Source: an uncultured Alphaproteobacteria bacterium (GTDB lineage Bacteria; Pseudomonadota; Alphaproteobacteria; GCA-002720895). From it: 64,000 bases of DNA. Each line of letters starts with the position of its first letter. Within the stretch, counting starts at the first letter, position 1. Below, in pieces: positions 48,710-58,012 of this stretch. Location of the stretch: positions 17,094-81,093 of the forward strand of contig CACLKH010000001.1 of NCBI GenBank assembly GCA_902607475.1. Reading direction: 5' to 3'. Under the pieces are notes generated by a model that made no database searches, was not told the DNA's origin, and was given only the letters and a program-made list of their open reading frames with translations. A program made the position numbers and the translations under genes.

Positions 48710-49951
48710 TTAAATTGATTTAAAGATTAAAGATGCATTTGTTCCACCAAACCCAAAAGAATTTGTTAATACACAATTTACTTTTTGATCTACAGAATTT
48801 AAAGGTATTAAGTCCAAACCTTCAGCCTCAGGCATAGGTGATATTAAATTTAAAGTCGGAGGTAGTTTCCCGTCCTTTATTGAAAGTATGGAATATATTG
48901 ATTCAACGCTTCCAGATGCACCGAGCAAATGTCCTATAGAAGATTTTGTAGATGACATTTTTATTTTATTTAAATTTTTAGAAAAAACTTTTTTTATACT
49001 TTTTATTTCAATTTTATCACCTACCGGTGTTGAAGTGCCATGAGCATTAATATAATTTATATCTTCGGGATTTTTTTTTGCGTCATTTAATGCTGATATT
49101 ACACATCTTTCCGCTCCATTACCATCTTCAGGAGGTGAGGTTATATGATGCGCGTCTCCACTTGACCCATAACCTATTATTTCACATAAAATATTAGCAT
49201 TTCTTTTTTTTGCATGTTCATATTCTTCTAGAATTAAGATACCTGCTCCATCACCCATAACAAATCCATCTCTATCTTTATCAAAAGGTCTGGAGGCATC
49301 TTTTGGATCATTATTAAATTTTGTAGATAAAGCTCTTAGAGCACAAAAACCAGCAATACCAATTCTACAAATTGCTGCCTCTGCACCTCCAGCAACCATT
49401 ACATCTGCTTTGTTTAATTGAATTATTCTAAATGAATCGCCAATAGCGTGTGCCCCGGAGGCACATGCTGTAACTGTAGAGTGATTAGGTCCTTTAAAAT
49501 TATATTTAATTGAAACTTGCCCAGAAGCTAAATTTATTAGACTAGAAGGAATAAAAAAAGGACTTATTTTTCTTGCACCACTTTTTTCTAATAAAATAGA
49601 ATTATCATATATAGTTGAAAGACCTCCAATACCAGATCCTATAATTACTCCCGATCTAGATGCTTTATTATCATCATTTGTAACCCAACCTGAGTTTTTG
49701 ATTGCTTCTCCAGCTGCTATTAATGAATAAAGTATAAATCTATCCATTTTTCTTTTTTCTTTATCACTGAAATTATTATCAATTAACTCATCTGAAATTG
49801 TTCCACCAACTTTAGATGGTAAATCGTCTATTTTGAAAGAATCAATTAATTTGATGCCTGACGTGCTAGAAATTAAATTTTTCCAATTGTCATTAACTCC
49901 ACAACCAATTGCGGTTATCATCCCCATTCCGGTTACGACAACTCTTCTCAT
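48710..49951 (-). CDS. fabF: 3-oxoacyl-ACP synthase II
   Basis: 413 aa. Active-site Cys (TACASG) and the His-His pair (AHGTSTP, GHLLGASG). Confidence 0.95.
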   Translation of the reverse strand: MRRVVVTGMGMITAIGCGVNDNWKNLISSTSGIKLIDSFKIDDLPSKVGGTISDELIDNNFSDKEKRKMDRFILYSLIAAGEAIKNSGWVTNDDNKASRSGVIIGSGIGGLSTIYDNSILLEKSGARKISPFFIPSSLINLASGQVSIKYNFKGPNHSTVTACASGAHAIGDSFRIIQLNKADVMVAGGAEAAICRIGIAGFCALRALSTKFNNDPKDASRPFDKDRDGFVMGDGAGILILEEYEHAKKRNANILCEIIGYGSSGDAHHITSPPEDGNGAERCVISALNDAKKNPEDINYINAHGTSTPVGDKIEIKSIKKVFSKNLNKIKMSSTKSSIGHLLGASGSVESIYSILSIKDGKLPPTLNLISPMPEAEGLDLIPLNSVDQKVNCVLTNSFGFGGTNASLIFKSI

Positions 49952-49959
49952 ATTATTAA

Positions 49960-50196
49960 TTAGGTTTTACTTTTAATAAGTTCTATAGCGTCTTTAACTG
50001 TAACAATTTTTTCAGCAGCCTCGTCTGGTATCTCACATTTAAACTCTTCTTCAAAAGCCATAACAAGTTCAACTTGATCGAGGCTATCAGCTCCTAAATC
50101 TTCAATAAACTTTGCATTTTCTGTAACTTTCTCATCCTTTACTCCAAGATGATTAGTAATAACTTTTTTTATTCTATCAACAACTTCATCAGACAT
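49960..50196 (-). CDS. acpP: acyl carrier protein
   Basis: 78 aa. LGADSLD phosphopantetheine attachment site. Confidence 0.95.
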   Translation of the reverse strand: MSDEVVDRIKKVITNHLGVKDEKVTENAKFIEDLGADSLDQVELVMAFEEEFKCEIPDEAAEKIVTVKDAIELIKSKT

Positions 50197-50236
50197 TCTA
50201 TAACCCCTTAAAAAAAATATTTATAAACTATAATAA

Positions 50237-50980
50237 TTAAACCATTAACATTCCACCATTAATATTAACAGTAGAACCTGTTATAAAAGATGCTTTTTCA
50301 TCTGTCAAAAATGCAACGCAATTGGCAATATCATTTGGTTTACCAATGTTACCTACAGGTATTTTTTTTAACATAATTTCTTTTTGCTCATTAGATAAAA
50401 CTTCTGTCATTGGGCTTTCAATAAAACCGGGTGCAATACAATTAACTGTTATTCCTCTTGAAGCAAATTCTAATGCTAAAGATTTATGTAGTGCAATCAT
50501 TCCTGCTTTTGAAGCAGCATAATTGGCTTGTCCAGCATTACCACCTATTCCAATAATAGAACTTATGCCTATAATTCTTCCCCATTTTTGTTTCATCATA
50601 GATTTTATTACTAATTGAGATAATTTAAAAGTTGCTGAGAGATTTATATTTATCACTTCGTCCCATTGTTCTTTAGTCATCCTTATGCTTAAAGCGTCTT
50701 TATTGGTTCCTGCGTTATTAATTAAAATATCAATTGACTTAAATTTTTTAATTGATTGATCATATAGATCTTCAATTTCTTTATCTTTTGAAAGATCAGC
50801 AATCAAATTTAAACTTTTTGGTCCTAATTCTTTTCTTAAATCATCAATTTTTTTTTTATTTGTGCCAGTTATTATTACGTTAGCACCTAATAACAAAAGT
50901 TTTTTTGCAATAGACCCCCCAATTGCACCGGAGGCACCTGTTACTAAAGCAGTTTTATTTTTTAAACTTAAATCAGCCAT
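50237..50980 (-). CDS. fabG: 3-oxoacyl-ACP reductase
   Basis: 247 aa SDR. TGASGAIG, NNAG and YAASKAG (YxxxK) motifs. Confidence 0.93.
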   Translation of the reverse strand: MADLSLKNKTALVTGASGAIGGSIAKKLLLLGANVIITGTNKKKIDDLRKELGPKSLNLIADLSKDKEIEDLYDQSIKKFKSIDILINNAGTNKDALSIRMTKEQWDEVININLSATFKLSQLVIKSMMKQKWGRIIGISSIIGIGGNAGQANYAASKAGMIALHKSLALEFASRGITVNCIAPGFIESPMTEVLSNEQKEIMLKKIPVGNIGKPNDIANCVAFLTDEKASFITGSTVNINGGMLMV

Positions 50981-50986
50981 AAATTA

Positions 50987-51916
50987 TTATTTTAGATTAT
51001 CCATATCCTCTGGATTTTGTATAGAAAAACATTCAATATTTTTTGTTATTCTTTTAATTAACCCAGACAAAACATTGCCTGGTCCAACCTCAAAAATTCT
51101 TTTTACACCTTTATTTTCCATAAATAAAATTGTTTCTCTCCATTTTACAGTCATAGTAATTTGTTGCGACAATAATGACTTAAATTCTAAACCATTAATA
51201 CAGGGAATAGCTTTAACATTAGAAACTATTGGTACTTTAAATTGATTAAATGATATTTTGTTTATCTCTGTATTCATTTTTGTAGCCGCATCACTCATTA
51301 GCTTGCAGTGAAATGGTGCACTTACTTTTAAATCAATTGTTAATTTGGCTCCACATTTTTTTGCAATAGATTTAAATGAATCAACTGCTTCTTTATGGCC
51401 GCTAATAACAACTTGTCCTTCTGAATTGTCATTTGCTATCTCACATACTCCTTCTTCTTTAATATCTTTAAGTATTTTTTCAACTTCACTTATTTTCAAT
51501 CCTATAATTGCAGCCATTTTACCTCTTCCAGTTTTGTCAGACTTACTCATCAAAATTCCTCTATGTTTAACTAATTTTAATACAGACTGAAAATCTAAAG
51601 CCTCTGAGGCATAAAGAGCAGTATACTCACCTAAAGAATGTCCTGCTAAAAATTTGCAAAAATTATTTAAATCAATTTTTTTCTGAGATTTTATTACCTC
51701 TAATAATGCAATACTTGATACCAATATTGCTGGTTGCGCATTGTTTGTTTTTGTTAAATCTTCCTCTGGTCCCTGAAAAATTATATTTGATAAAGGTTCA
51801 TTTAATATTTTATCTGCTTCATTAAAAACTCTTTTTGCTTCATCAAAATTTTCATACCAATTTTTACACATTCCTACATACTGTGAACCTTGGCCTGGAA
51901 AAACTATTGAATTCAT
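50987..51916 (-). CDS. fabD: malonyl-CoA:ACP transacylase
   Basis: 309 aa. FPGQGSQ and GHSLGEY motifs. Confidence 0.93.
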   Translation of the reverse strand: MNSIVFPGQGSQYVGMCKNWYENFDEAKRVFNEADKILNEPLSNIIFQGPEEDLTKTNNAQPAILVSSIALLEVIKSQKKIDLNNFCKFLAGHSLGEYTALYASEALDFQSVLKLVKHRGILMSKSDKTGRGKMAAIIGLKISEVEKILKDIKEEGVCEIANDNSEGQVVISGHKEAVDSFKSIAKKCGAKLTIDLKVSAPFHCKLMSDAATKMNTEINKISFNQFKVPIVSNVKAIPCINGLEFKSLLSQQITMTVKWRETILFMENKGVKRIFEVGPGNVLSGLIKRITKNIECFSIQNPEDMDNLK

Positions 51917-52009
51917 AAATATAAAAAAAAAAAAAATAGTTTATGTTGATGTTTAAACTATTTTGGAGTAAAAAAACCTTATTTTTAAAATATATATTAT
52001 AAAAAAATT

Positions 52010-52354
52010 ATGTCATTATATGAATTAGTTTTTATTGCCAGGCAAGAAGTTTCGCCTGTTCGTGCTAAAGAATTGGCAAAAAAAGTAAATGATTTTATAA
52101 CATCCAAAGGTGGTAAAATACAAAAAGAGGAATATTGGGGTTTTAAAAATCTTGCTTATGAAATAAAAAAAAGTAGAAAGGGGCATTATATTTTTTTTAT
52201 ACTAAGTGCTTCAGAAACAATAATTCATGAATTAGGTTCACAAATTAAATTAACACAAGACATAATAAGACATTTGTTTATAAAAATTAAAAAAAAAGAT
52301 TTTGATAAAAACCCTACAGAAATGCTTAAAGAAAATCAATATGGAGATAAATAG
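52010..52354 (+). CDS. rpsF: 30S ribosomal protein S6
   Basis: 114 aa. [16 protein letters not shown]-terminus. First gene of rpsF-rpsR-rplI. Confidence 0.9.
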   Translation: MSLYELVFIARQEVSPVRAKELAKKVNDFITSKGGKIQKEEYWGFKNLAYEIKKSRKGHYIFFILSASETIIHELGSQIKLTQDIIRHLFIKIKKKDFDKNPTEMLKENQYGDK

Positions 52355-52605
52355 TGAGTGAACTAATAAAAAAAGATCTAAAAACAGATAAAAGACCATA
52401 TAATTTTAAAAAAAGATCTTGTCCATTGTCTGGTGCTGGGGCACCTAAGGTTGATTATAAAAATATAAATCTTTTAAAAAAATTTATATCTGAAAAAGGA
52501 AAAATGCTACCTAGTAGAATAACTTCTGTTTCCACAAAAAAACAACGTGAACTATCTAAGGCTGTTAAAAGAGCAAGATTTTTGGCCCTTATACCTTATA
52601 AATAA
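52354..52605 (+). CDS. rpsR: 30S ribosomal protein S18
   Basis: 83 aa. The GTG start overlaps the rpsF stop (TAGTG). [25 protein letters not shown]...[21 protein letters not shown]. Confidence 0.9.
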   Translation: MSELIKKDLKTDKRPYNFKKRSCPLSGAGAPKVDYKNINLLKKFISEKGKMLPSRITSVSTKKQRELSKAVKRARFLALIPYK

Positions 52606-52610
52606 TTAAT

Positions 52611-53351
52611 ATGGAAGTAATTTTAATTGAAAATATAGAAAAATTAGGAAAAGTAGGTGATGTTGTTAAAGTTAAAGATGGATACGCCAGAAACTACCTT
52701 ATTCCCAAAAAGAAAGTTCTCCGCGCCAGTAAAGAAAATTTAAAAGTTTTTGAAGAAAAAAAATCTGTTATTGAATCTGAAGAAAAAAAAAGAAAAATAA
52801 AGTCAGAAGAAATTGCAAAAAAAATTAAAGATCTAGAAGTAATAATTATAAGAAATGCTGCAGAAAATGGTCAATTGTATGGTTCAGTTACATCTAAAGA
52901 CATTGTTAAAGAAATTGTATTACTTAATAAAATTGAGTTTCTAAATGAACAAATTAATTTAAAAAAAACTTTAAAATCTATAGGAGTATATGATGTTGAA
53001 ATTTCTGTTTATACTGATTTAAAAATAAAAATTTTAGTAAGTGTTGCAAAAACAAAAGAATTAGGATTAGAACAGATAAAAGAATTTAAAAATCCAAAAA
53101 AAATAAAAAAAATTCAGAAAAAAGAAGGTACGGCTAATAAAAAAAATGAAACTGAAGATAATACTGAACTTAATACAAAAGATTTAATTAGTGAAATAGA
53201 AAAAAAAGAAGAAATTAAACCTAAAAAAGAAATAAATAAAATACCAACTAAAAAAAAAGAGAAAACTAAATTAAAAAAGAAAGAAACTGTTACGAAACCA
53301 GCGAAAACTAAGAAGAAAAAAACAAAAAAAGTGAAAAAAAAAGATAAATAG
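52611..53351 (+). CDS. rplI: 50S ribosomal protein L9 with a Lys/Glu-rich C-terminal extension
   Basis: 246 aa. The N-terminus MEVILIENIEKLGKVGDVVKVKDGYARNYLIPKK is canonical L9. The last ~95 aa form a low-complexity K/E-rich tail. Confidence 0.9.
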   Translation: MEVILIENIEKLGKVGDVVKVKDGYARNYLIPKKKVLRASKENLKVFEEKKSVIESEEKKRKIKSEEIAKKIKDLEVIIIRNAAENGQLYGSVTSKDIVKEIVLLNKIEFLNEQINLKKTLKSIGVYDVEISVYTDLKIKILVSVAKTKELGLEQIKEFKNPKKIKKIQKKEGTANKKNETEDNTELNTKDLISEIEKKEEIKPKKEINKIPTKKKEKTKLKKKETVTKPAKTKKKKTKKVKKKDK

Positions 53352-53355
53352 TAAT

Positions 53356-53364
53356 TTATCCACA
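53356..53364 (+). promoter_or_regulatory. consensus DnaA-box 9-mer (TTATCCACA) in the rplI-dnaB spacer
   Basis: Exact TTATCCACA lies 5 nt after the rplI stop and about 97 nt before the likely dnaB start. A half-match TTATCCCTG follows at 53376-53384. A single box may occur by chance in AT-rich DNA. Confidence 0.3.
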
Positions 53365-53379
53365 GATTTCTCATTTTAT

Positions 53380-53396
53380 CCCTGTCTTTCACAGGG
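53380..53396. other. GC-containing hairpin (CCCTGT-ctttc-ACAGGG) after rplI
   Basis: A perfect 6-bp stem with a 5-nt loop, the only GC-rich inverted repeat I saw in an intergenic spacer. It is followed by an A-run rather than a T-run on the + strand, so it is not a canonical intrinsic terminator. Confidence 0.3.
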
Positions 53397-53460
53397 CTAG
53401 CTAAAGAAAAAAAAAAAATTTATGCTATTATTAGTTTTCTCGAGATTAATAAAGGTGTGT

Positions 53461-54921
53461 ATGACTTCAGAAATTAAAAAATTTAAAGAAAATGAAAAAG
53501 ATTTAAGAATTCTGCCAATGAATATAGAGGCGGAACAAGCTCTTCTTGCTGCTCTTTTAACCAGCAATTCAGTCTACGAAAGAATATCTGACTTTTTAAG
53601 ACCAGAGCACTTTTACGATGATATAAATGGTAAAATATTTGAGGCAATAGCTAAATTACTTGAAAATAATCAATTAGCTGATCCTTTAACTCTAAAAAAT
53701 TATTTTTTACAAAAAGATCAAATGGAATTAATTGGTGGAGATAGATATTTGATAGAACTTGCTAAAAACTCAACAATTTTATCTAACACTACAACATATG
53801 GAAAATTAATTTATGATTTATATCAAAGAAGAGAAATTCTAAAAATTTCAGATGAAATAACAAATGAAGCAAATTCTTTTGATTTGGAAACTCACGCATC
53901 TGATATTATTGAAAAAGCTGAAGTTAAATTATATAATTTATCTTCAACAGGTGAAGTAAATCAAGATTTTAAAAAATTTGATAAATCATTAACTGATGCT
54001 ATCAATAGCGCTGAAGCTGCATTTAAAAGAGATGGACAACTCTCAGGAATTCCAACAGGATTTACAGATTTAGATCAATTGCTCGGAGGTTTTCATAAAA
54101 CTGATTTACTTATACTTGCTGGAAGACCTTCAATGGGTAAAACAGCTTTAGCAACAAACATTGCTTTTAAAATGGTAAATGCAAGATCTATGGATGATGA
54201 AAATAAAAAAAATGTTGTTGGTTTTTTTTCTTTAGAAATGTCGGCAGAGCAACTTGCAACTAGAATACTTGCAGAAGATTCTTCTATTTCATCAGAAAAA
54301 ATAAGAAGAGGACAATTAAATTCTAATGATTTACAAAAAATTGTTAAATCAAGCCAAACTTTAGGTGATTTATCTTTATACATTGATGATAGCCCAAATT
54401 TATCTATTTCTGCTTTAAGAACAAGGGCAAGAAGATTGAAAAGAAAACACGGTTTAGATGCAATCATAATAGATTACCTTCAACTTATTAAACCATCTTT
54501 AACAAGGCCTGATAATCGAGTTTTAGAAATTGCAGAAATGACTAGAAATTTAAAAGCTCTAGCAAAAGAATTAGATATGCCTGTGTTATGTTTATCACAG
54601 TTATCTAGACAAGTTGAGCAAAGAGATGATAAAAGACCACAATTATCGGATTTAAGAGAATCTGGAGCTATTGAACAAGACGCTGATGTGGTTATGTTCA
54701 TTTATAGAGAAGAATATTACACTGAAAGAAAAGAACCATCTCCAGGCACTGAAGACTATCAAAAATGGCAAGAAAAAATGGGCAAAATTCATAATGTTTC
54801 AGAAGTCTTGGTTGCTAAACAAAGACATGGACCAATTGGAAAGGTTAATCTTCATTTTGAAGGTGCAACCACAAAATTTAGCAATCTATCTAAAAATCAA
54901 TCTATAGCTAATAAAGAATAA
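53461..54921 (+). CDS. dnaB: replicative DNA helicase DnaB
   Basis: Walker A GRPSMGKTALATNIA, IIDYLQL and LSQLSRQVEQR motifs. I prefer the ATG at 53461 (MTSEIKK...), which is preceded by AAGGTG at 53452-53457, over the track start at 53422. Confidence 0.93.
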   Translation: MTSEIKKFKENEKDLRILPMNIEAEQALLAALLTSNSVYERISDFLRPEHFYDDINGKIFEAIAKLLENNQLADPLTLKNYFLQKDQMELIGGDRYLIELAKNSTILSNTTTYGKLIYDLYQRREILKISDEITNEANSFDLETHASDIIEKAEVKLYNLSSTGEVNQDFKKFDKSLTDAINSAEAAFKRDGQLSGIPTGFTDLDQLLGGFHKTDLLILAGRPSMGKTALATNIAFKMVNARSMDDENKKNVVGFFSLEMSAEQLATRILAEDSSISSEKIRRGQLNSNDLQKIVKSSQTLGDLSLYIDDSPNLSISALRTRARRLKRKHGLDAIIIDYLQLIKPSLTRPDNRVLEIAEMTRNLKALAKELDMPVLCLSQLSRQVEQRDDKRPQLSDLRESGAIEQDADVVMFIYREEYYTERKEPSPGTEDYQKWQEKMGKIHNVSEVLVAKQRHGPIGKVNLHFEGATTKFSNLSKNQSIANKE

Positions 54922-54969
54922 AAAATTCTATATTGTTTAAATATTAAATTCCTTTAATTTAAAAAAAGA

Positions 54970-57459
54970 ATGTCATCAATAATAAATAAGGTTTATCGAA
55001 ATTTAGTTATTCGTTACCCAATAGGAATTATTGTTATTTTAGTTTTAATTCTTGGTTTTTTTTCAATACACGCAAAAAACTTTGAACTAGATGCATCAGC
55101 AGACTCTTTAATCTTAGAAGATGATAAAGATCTTAAAATTTTTCGTAAAATTACAAATCGATATGATACAAAAGATTTTGTAATTATTACCTACAAACCA
55201 AATGAAGATTTATTCTCAGAAAATTCATTTAAAAATATTAAAAATTTAAAAACTAGTCTTGAAAATTTAGAAAATGTTCATGAAGTAATTACTTTGATTG
55301 ATTTACCCTTATTAAAAGCTGCAAATGTTCCATTAAAAAAACTAAATAAAGATAAAATAAAAAGAATTACTGACGTAGGAGTTGATATTAATCTTGCAAA
55401 AAAAGAAATTGTAGAAAGTCCGATATTTAAGAATCTAATTGTAAGTGAAGATGGACAGTTAACTTCATTAATTGTGAATCTTAAAAGAGATGAACAATTT
55501 ATTGAATTGCTTAGAAAAAGAAATGATTTACGAGCTAAAGAAAAATTAAAAGCTGAAGAAGAAGAAGAGCTTAAAGAAATTCTTTTAGATTATGACAAAA
55601 AAAAATCAAACCTAAAAAAAATTAATCACGAAAATATAGATGCAATAAGAAAAGTTATTAAAGAATTTTCTAGTACTGGAGAAATTCACTTAGGCGGCGT
55701 GCCAATGATTGCTAATGATATGATTGAATTTATAAAAAGTGACTTAATCAATTTTGGTATAGGTGTATTTTTATTTATTGTTATCACCCTTGTAATAGTT
55801 TTTAGGGAAATTAGATGGGTCACTATTCCTTTATTAAATTGTTTTTACGCTGTATTTATTATGGTAGGAGTTCTTGGTTTTGTAAATTGGGACGTGACTG
55901 TAATATCGTCTAATTTTATTTCTTTAATGTTAATTTTAACAATAGCCATGAATGTTCACCTGGCTGTCCGATATAAACAACTTTGTAGTGAAATGAAAAA
56001 CAGCGATCAAAAAGAAATTGTTTTTTTAACAACACAAAAGATGGTTTGGCCATGCTTATATACAGCGCTAACAACAATTTGTGCTTTTACATCTCTAGTA
56101 TTCAGCGGAATAAAACCTGTAATTGATTTTGGCTGGATGATGACCATTGGTTTAAGTGTAACTTTTTTAACTTCTTTTATATTATTTCCATCTATACTTT
56201 TATTATTAGAAAAAAAAGAAGGTTCATTTAATGATGAAGGGCAATCTCGCTTTACTGAAGCATTAGCTTATTTAGCTAAAAATCACGGTAATAAGATTTT
56301 ATTACTCTCAGGATTATTAATAGTAATTACTGTTATTGGAATTACAAAACTAAAAGTTGAAAATAGTTTTATAAATTATTTTAAAGAAAAAACAGAAATC
56401 TACCAAGGAATGAAGCTTATAGATGAAAAACTTGGTGGCACTACTCCAATGGATGTAGTTATAAATTTTAAAAAAGAAAAAGTTGAGATTGATGAGGATA
56501 TTGGATTATCTGATGACTCTGAGTTGGGTTTAGAAGATGACTTTTTTGATTTAGGATCTGAAACTGAAATAAATGTGGAAGATTATTGGTTTACATCAAC
56601 TAAAATTAAACAAATTGAAAAAGTTCATGATTATTTGGAAAGTCTTCCGGAAGTTGGAAAAGTTTTATCTTTAACTTCTTTAATCAGAGTAGCTGAAGAT
56701 TTAAATGAAGGGAAAGAATTTGATCCTTTCGAGCTGAATGTCATTTATAAAAAACTTCCTGAAAAATTAAAAACAAATGTTGTTGATCCATACATTTCAA
56801 TAGAAAATGATGAAGCTAGAATTAATTTAAGGATTTTAGACTCATCAAAAGATTTAAGAAGAAAAGAATTGATTGAAAGAATAAATAATGATTTCAAAAA
56901 TAAGTTAGATTTAAAAGAAGATCAATTCCAAATTGCAGGTGTCTTAGTTTTGTACAATAATATGTTACAAAGCTTGTTTGACTCCCAAATTAAAACACTA
57001 GTATTTGTCATGTTAGGTATAGCAATTATGTTTATCATTTTATTTAGATCGATAACATTATCTGTAATTGGTATTATTCCAAATTTCATAGCTGCGGTAT
57101 CTATTTTAGGAATTATGGGTTTATTAAAGCTTCCGCTTGATATGATGACTATTACAATTGCTTCTATTACAATTGGGATTGCAGTGGATAACAGTATTCA
57201 TTATATTTATCGTTTTAGAGAAGAATTTAAAAAAATTAATGACTACGAAAAAACAATTGATTTATGTCACATGAGTGTTGGTAGAGCAATTTTTAATACT
57301 TCAGTTACAATTATTTTTGGATTTTCTATCTTGGTATTATCTAATTTTATTCCAACAATTTATTTCGGATTGTTCACTGGCTTAGCAATGTTGATTGCAA
57401 TGCTAGCTGTTTTAACTCTTTTACCAAAATTAATATTAATAATTAAACCATTTAAATAA
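54970..57459 (+). CDS. RND-superfamily exporter (COG1033 / MMPL/HpnN-like), substrate unknown
   Basis: 829 aa. Two repeats, each an N-terminal TM, a large soluble loop and a 5-TM bundle (SSD-like), typical of MMPL/COG1033 exporters. Confidence 0.75.
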   Translation: MSSIINKVYRNLVIRYPIGIIVILVLILGFFSIHAKNFELDASADSLILEDDKDLKIFRKITNRYDTKDFVIITYKPNEDLFSENSFKNIKNLKTSLENLENVHEVITLIDLPLLKAANVPLKKLNKDKIKRITDVGVDINLAKKEIVESPIFKNLIVSEDGQLTSLIVNLKRDEQFIELLRKRNDLRAKEKLKAEEEEELKEILLDYDKKKSNLKKINHENIDAIRKVIKEFSSTGEIHLGGVPMIANDMIEFIKSDLINFGIGVFLFIVITLVIVFREIRWVTIPLLNCFYAVFIMVGVLGFVNWDVTVISSNFISLMLILTIAMNVHLAVRYKQLCSEMKNSDQKEIVFLTTQKMVWPCLYTALTTICAFTSLVFSGIKPVIDFGWMMTIGLSVTFLTSFILFPSILLLLEKKEGSFNDEGQSRFTEALAYLAKNHGNKILLLSGLLIVITVIGITKLKVENSFINYFKEKTEIYQGMKLIDEKLGGTTPMDVVINFKKEKVEIDEDIGLSDDSELGLEDDFFDLGSETEINVEDYWFTSTKIKQIEKVHDYLESLPEVGKVLSLTSLIRVAEDLNEGKEFDPFELNVIYKKLPEKLKTNVVDPYISIENDEARINLRILDSSKDLRRKELIERINNDFKNKLDLKEDQFQIAGVLVLYNNMLQSLFDSQIKTLVFVMLGIAIMFIILFRSITLSVIGIIPNFIAAVSILGIMGLLKLPLDMMTITIASITIGIAVDNSIHYIYRFREEFKKINDYEKTIDLCHMSVGRAIFNTSVTIIFGFSILVLSNFIPTIYFGLFTGLAMLIAMLAVLTLLPKLILIIKPFK

Positions 57460-57464
57460 TTTTA

Positions 57465-57962
57465 ATGGCTATTTTTGATTTTATTTTTTTTACTTTAACA
57501 ATTTTTTCATCTTTTTTAGGTTTATCAAGAGGATTTATAAAAGAGTTTTTATCTTTAATTAAATGGCTATCATCCTTGTATATTGCTTTTATATCTTTTG
57601 AAAAAACAAAGATTATATTATCTAATTTTTTAAAAGATTCTGAAATTCTTGATTTAATAGCTGCTACAAGCGCTTTTTTAATAACTTTTTTAATCCTAAC
57701 TTTCATATTTAATTTTTTATCTAAATTTTTATCTTTAAAAAGTATTGGTTTTATTGATAAATTTTTAGGTTTTTTATTTGGTTTCCTTAGAATGATATTA
57801 ATATTTTCTTTATTATTTATTATCTACACAGATATCTTTTACAATCAGGGAAAACCTGGATGGTTTAATGATTCTTATTCAATTAAATACATTGAAAAAA
57901 TATCAATTTACTTTAAAAAAAAAATTTTAGAATTTAATTTAAACAATGATATGATTACTTGA
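57465..57962 (+). CDS. cvpA: CvpA-family membrane protein
   Basis: 165 aa with 4 TM helices. Directly upstream of purF, the conserved cvpA-purF pair. Confidence 0.8.
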   Translation: MAIFDFIFFTLTIFSSFLGLSRGFIKEFLSLIKWLSSLYIAFISFEKTKIILSNFLKDSEILDLIAATSAFLITFLILTFIFNFLSKFLSLKSIGFIDKFLGFLFGFLRMILIFSLLFIIYTDIFYNQGKPGWFNDSYSIKYIEKISIYFKKKILEFNLNNDMIT

Positions 57963-58012
57963 AACTTGTGAAATATCATACAAATTATAGTATAGCTCTA
58001 TAAAATAAATTT

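Noticed and set aside
53352-53460. The idea that the window contains the chromosomal origin, given hda, dnaB and a DnaA box.
   Set aside because: Only one perfect box was seen. There is no cluster of boxes, no AT-rich 13-mer-like repeats distinguishable from background, and none of the usual alphaproteobacterial ori-flanking genes (hemE, parAB, dnaA).
573-57706. About 40 short track ORFs (60-127 aa) lie inside longer conserved genes, on the opposite strand or in another frame. Examples: 573-770, 3385-3741, 5391-5588, 5772-6017, 10011-10310, 16400-16588, 23198-23443, 24752-24961, 24814-25029, 26613-26825, 28467-28730, 32275-32558, 42219-42727, 45629-46019, 50322-50522, 50862-51245, 51345-51590, 54093-54907, 57452-57706.
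   Set aside because: Each is fully shadowed by an ORF with clear family motifs. Their translations are low-complexity (F/I/L/S/K-rich), as expected from antisense reading of AT-rich coding DNA. None has a recognisable motif.
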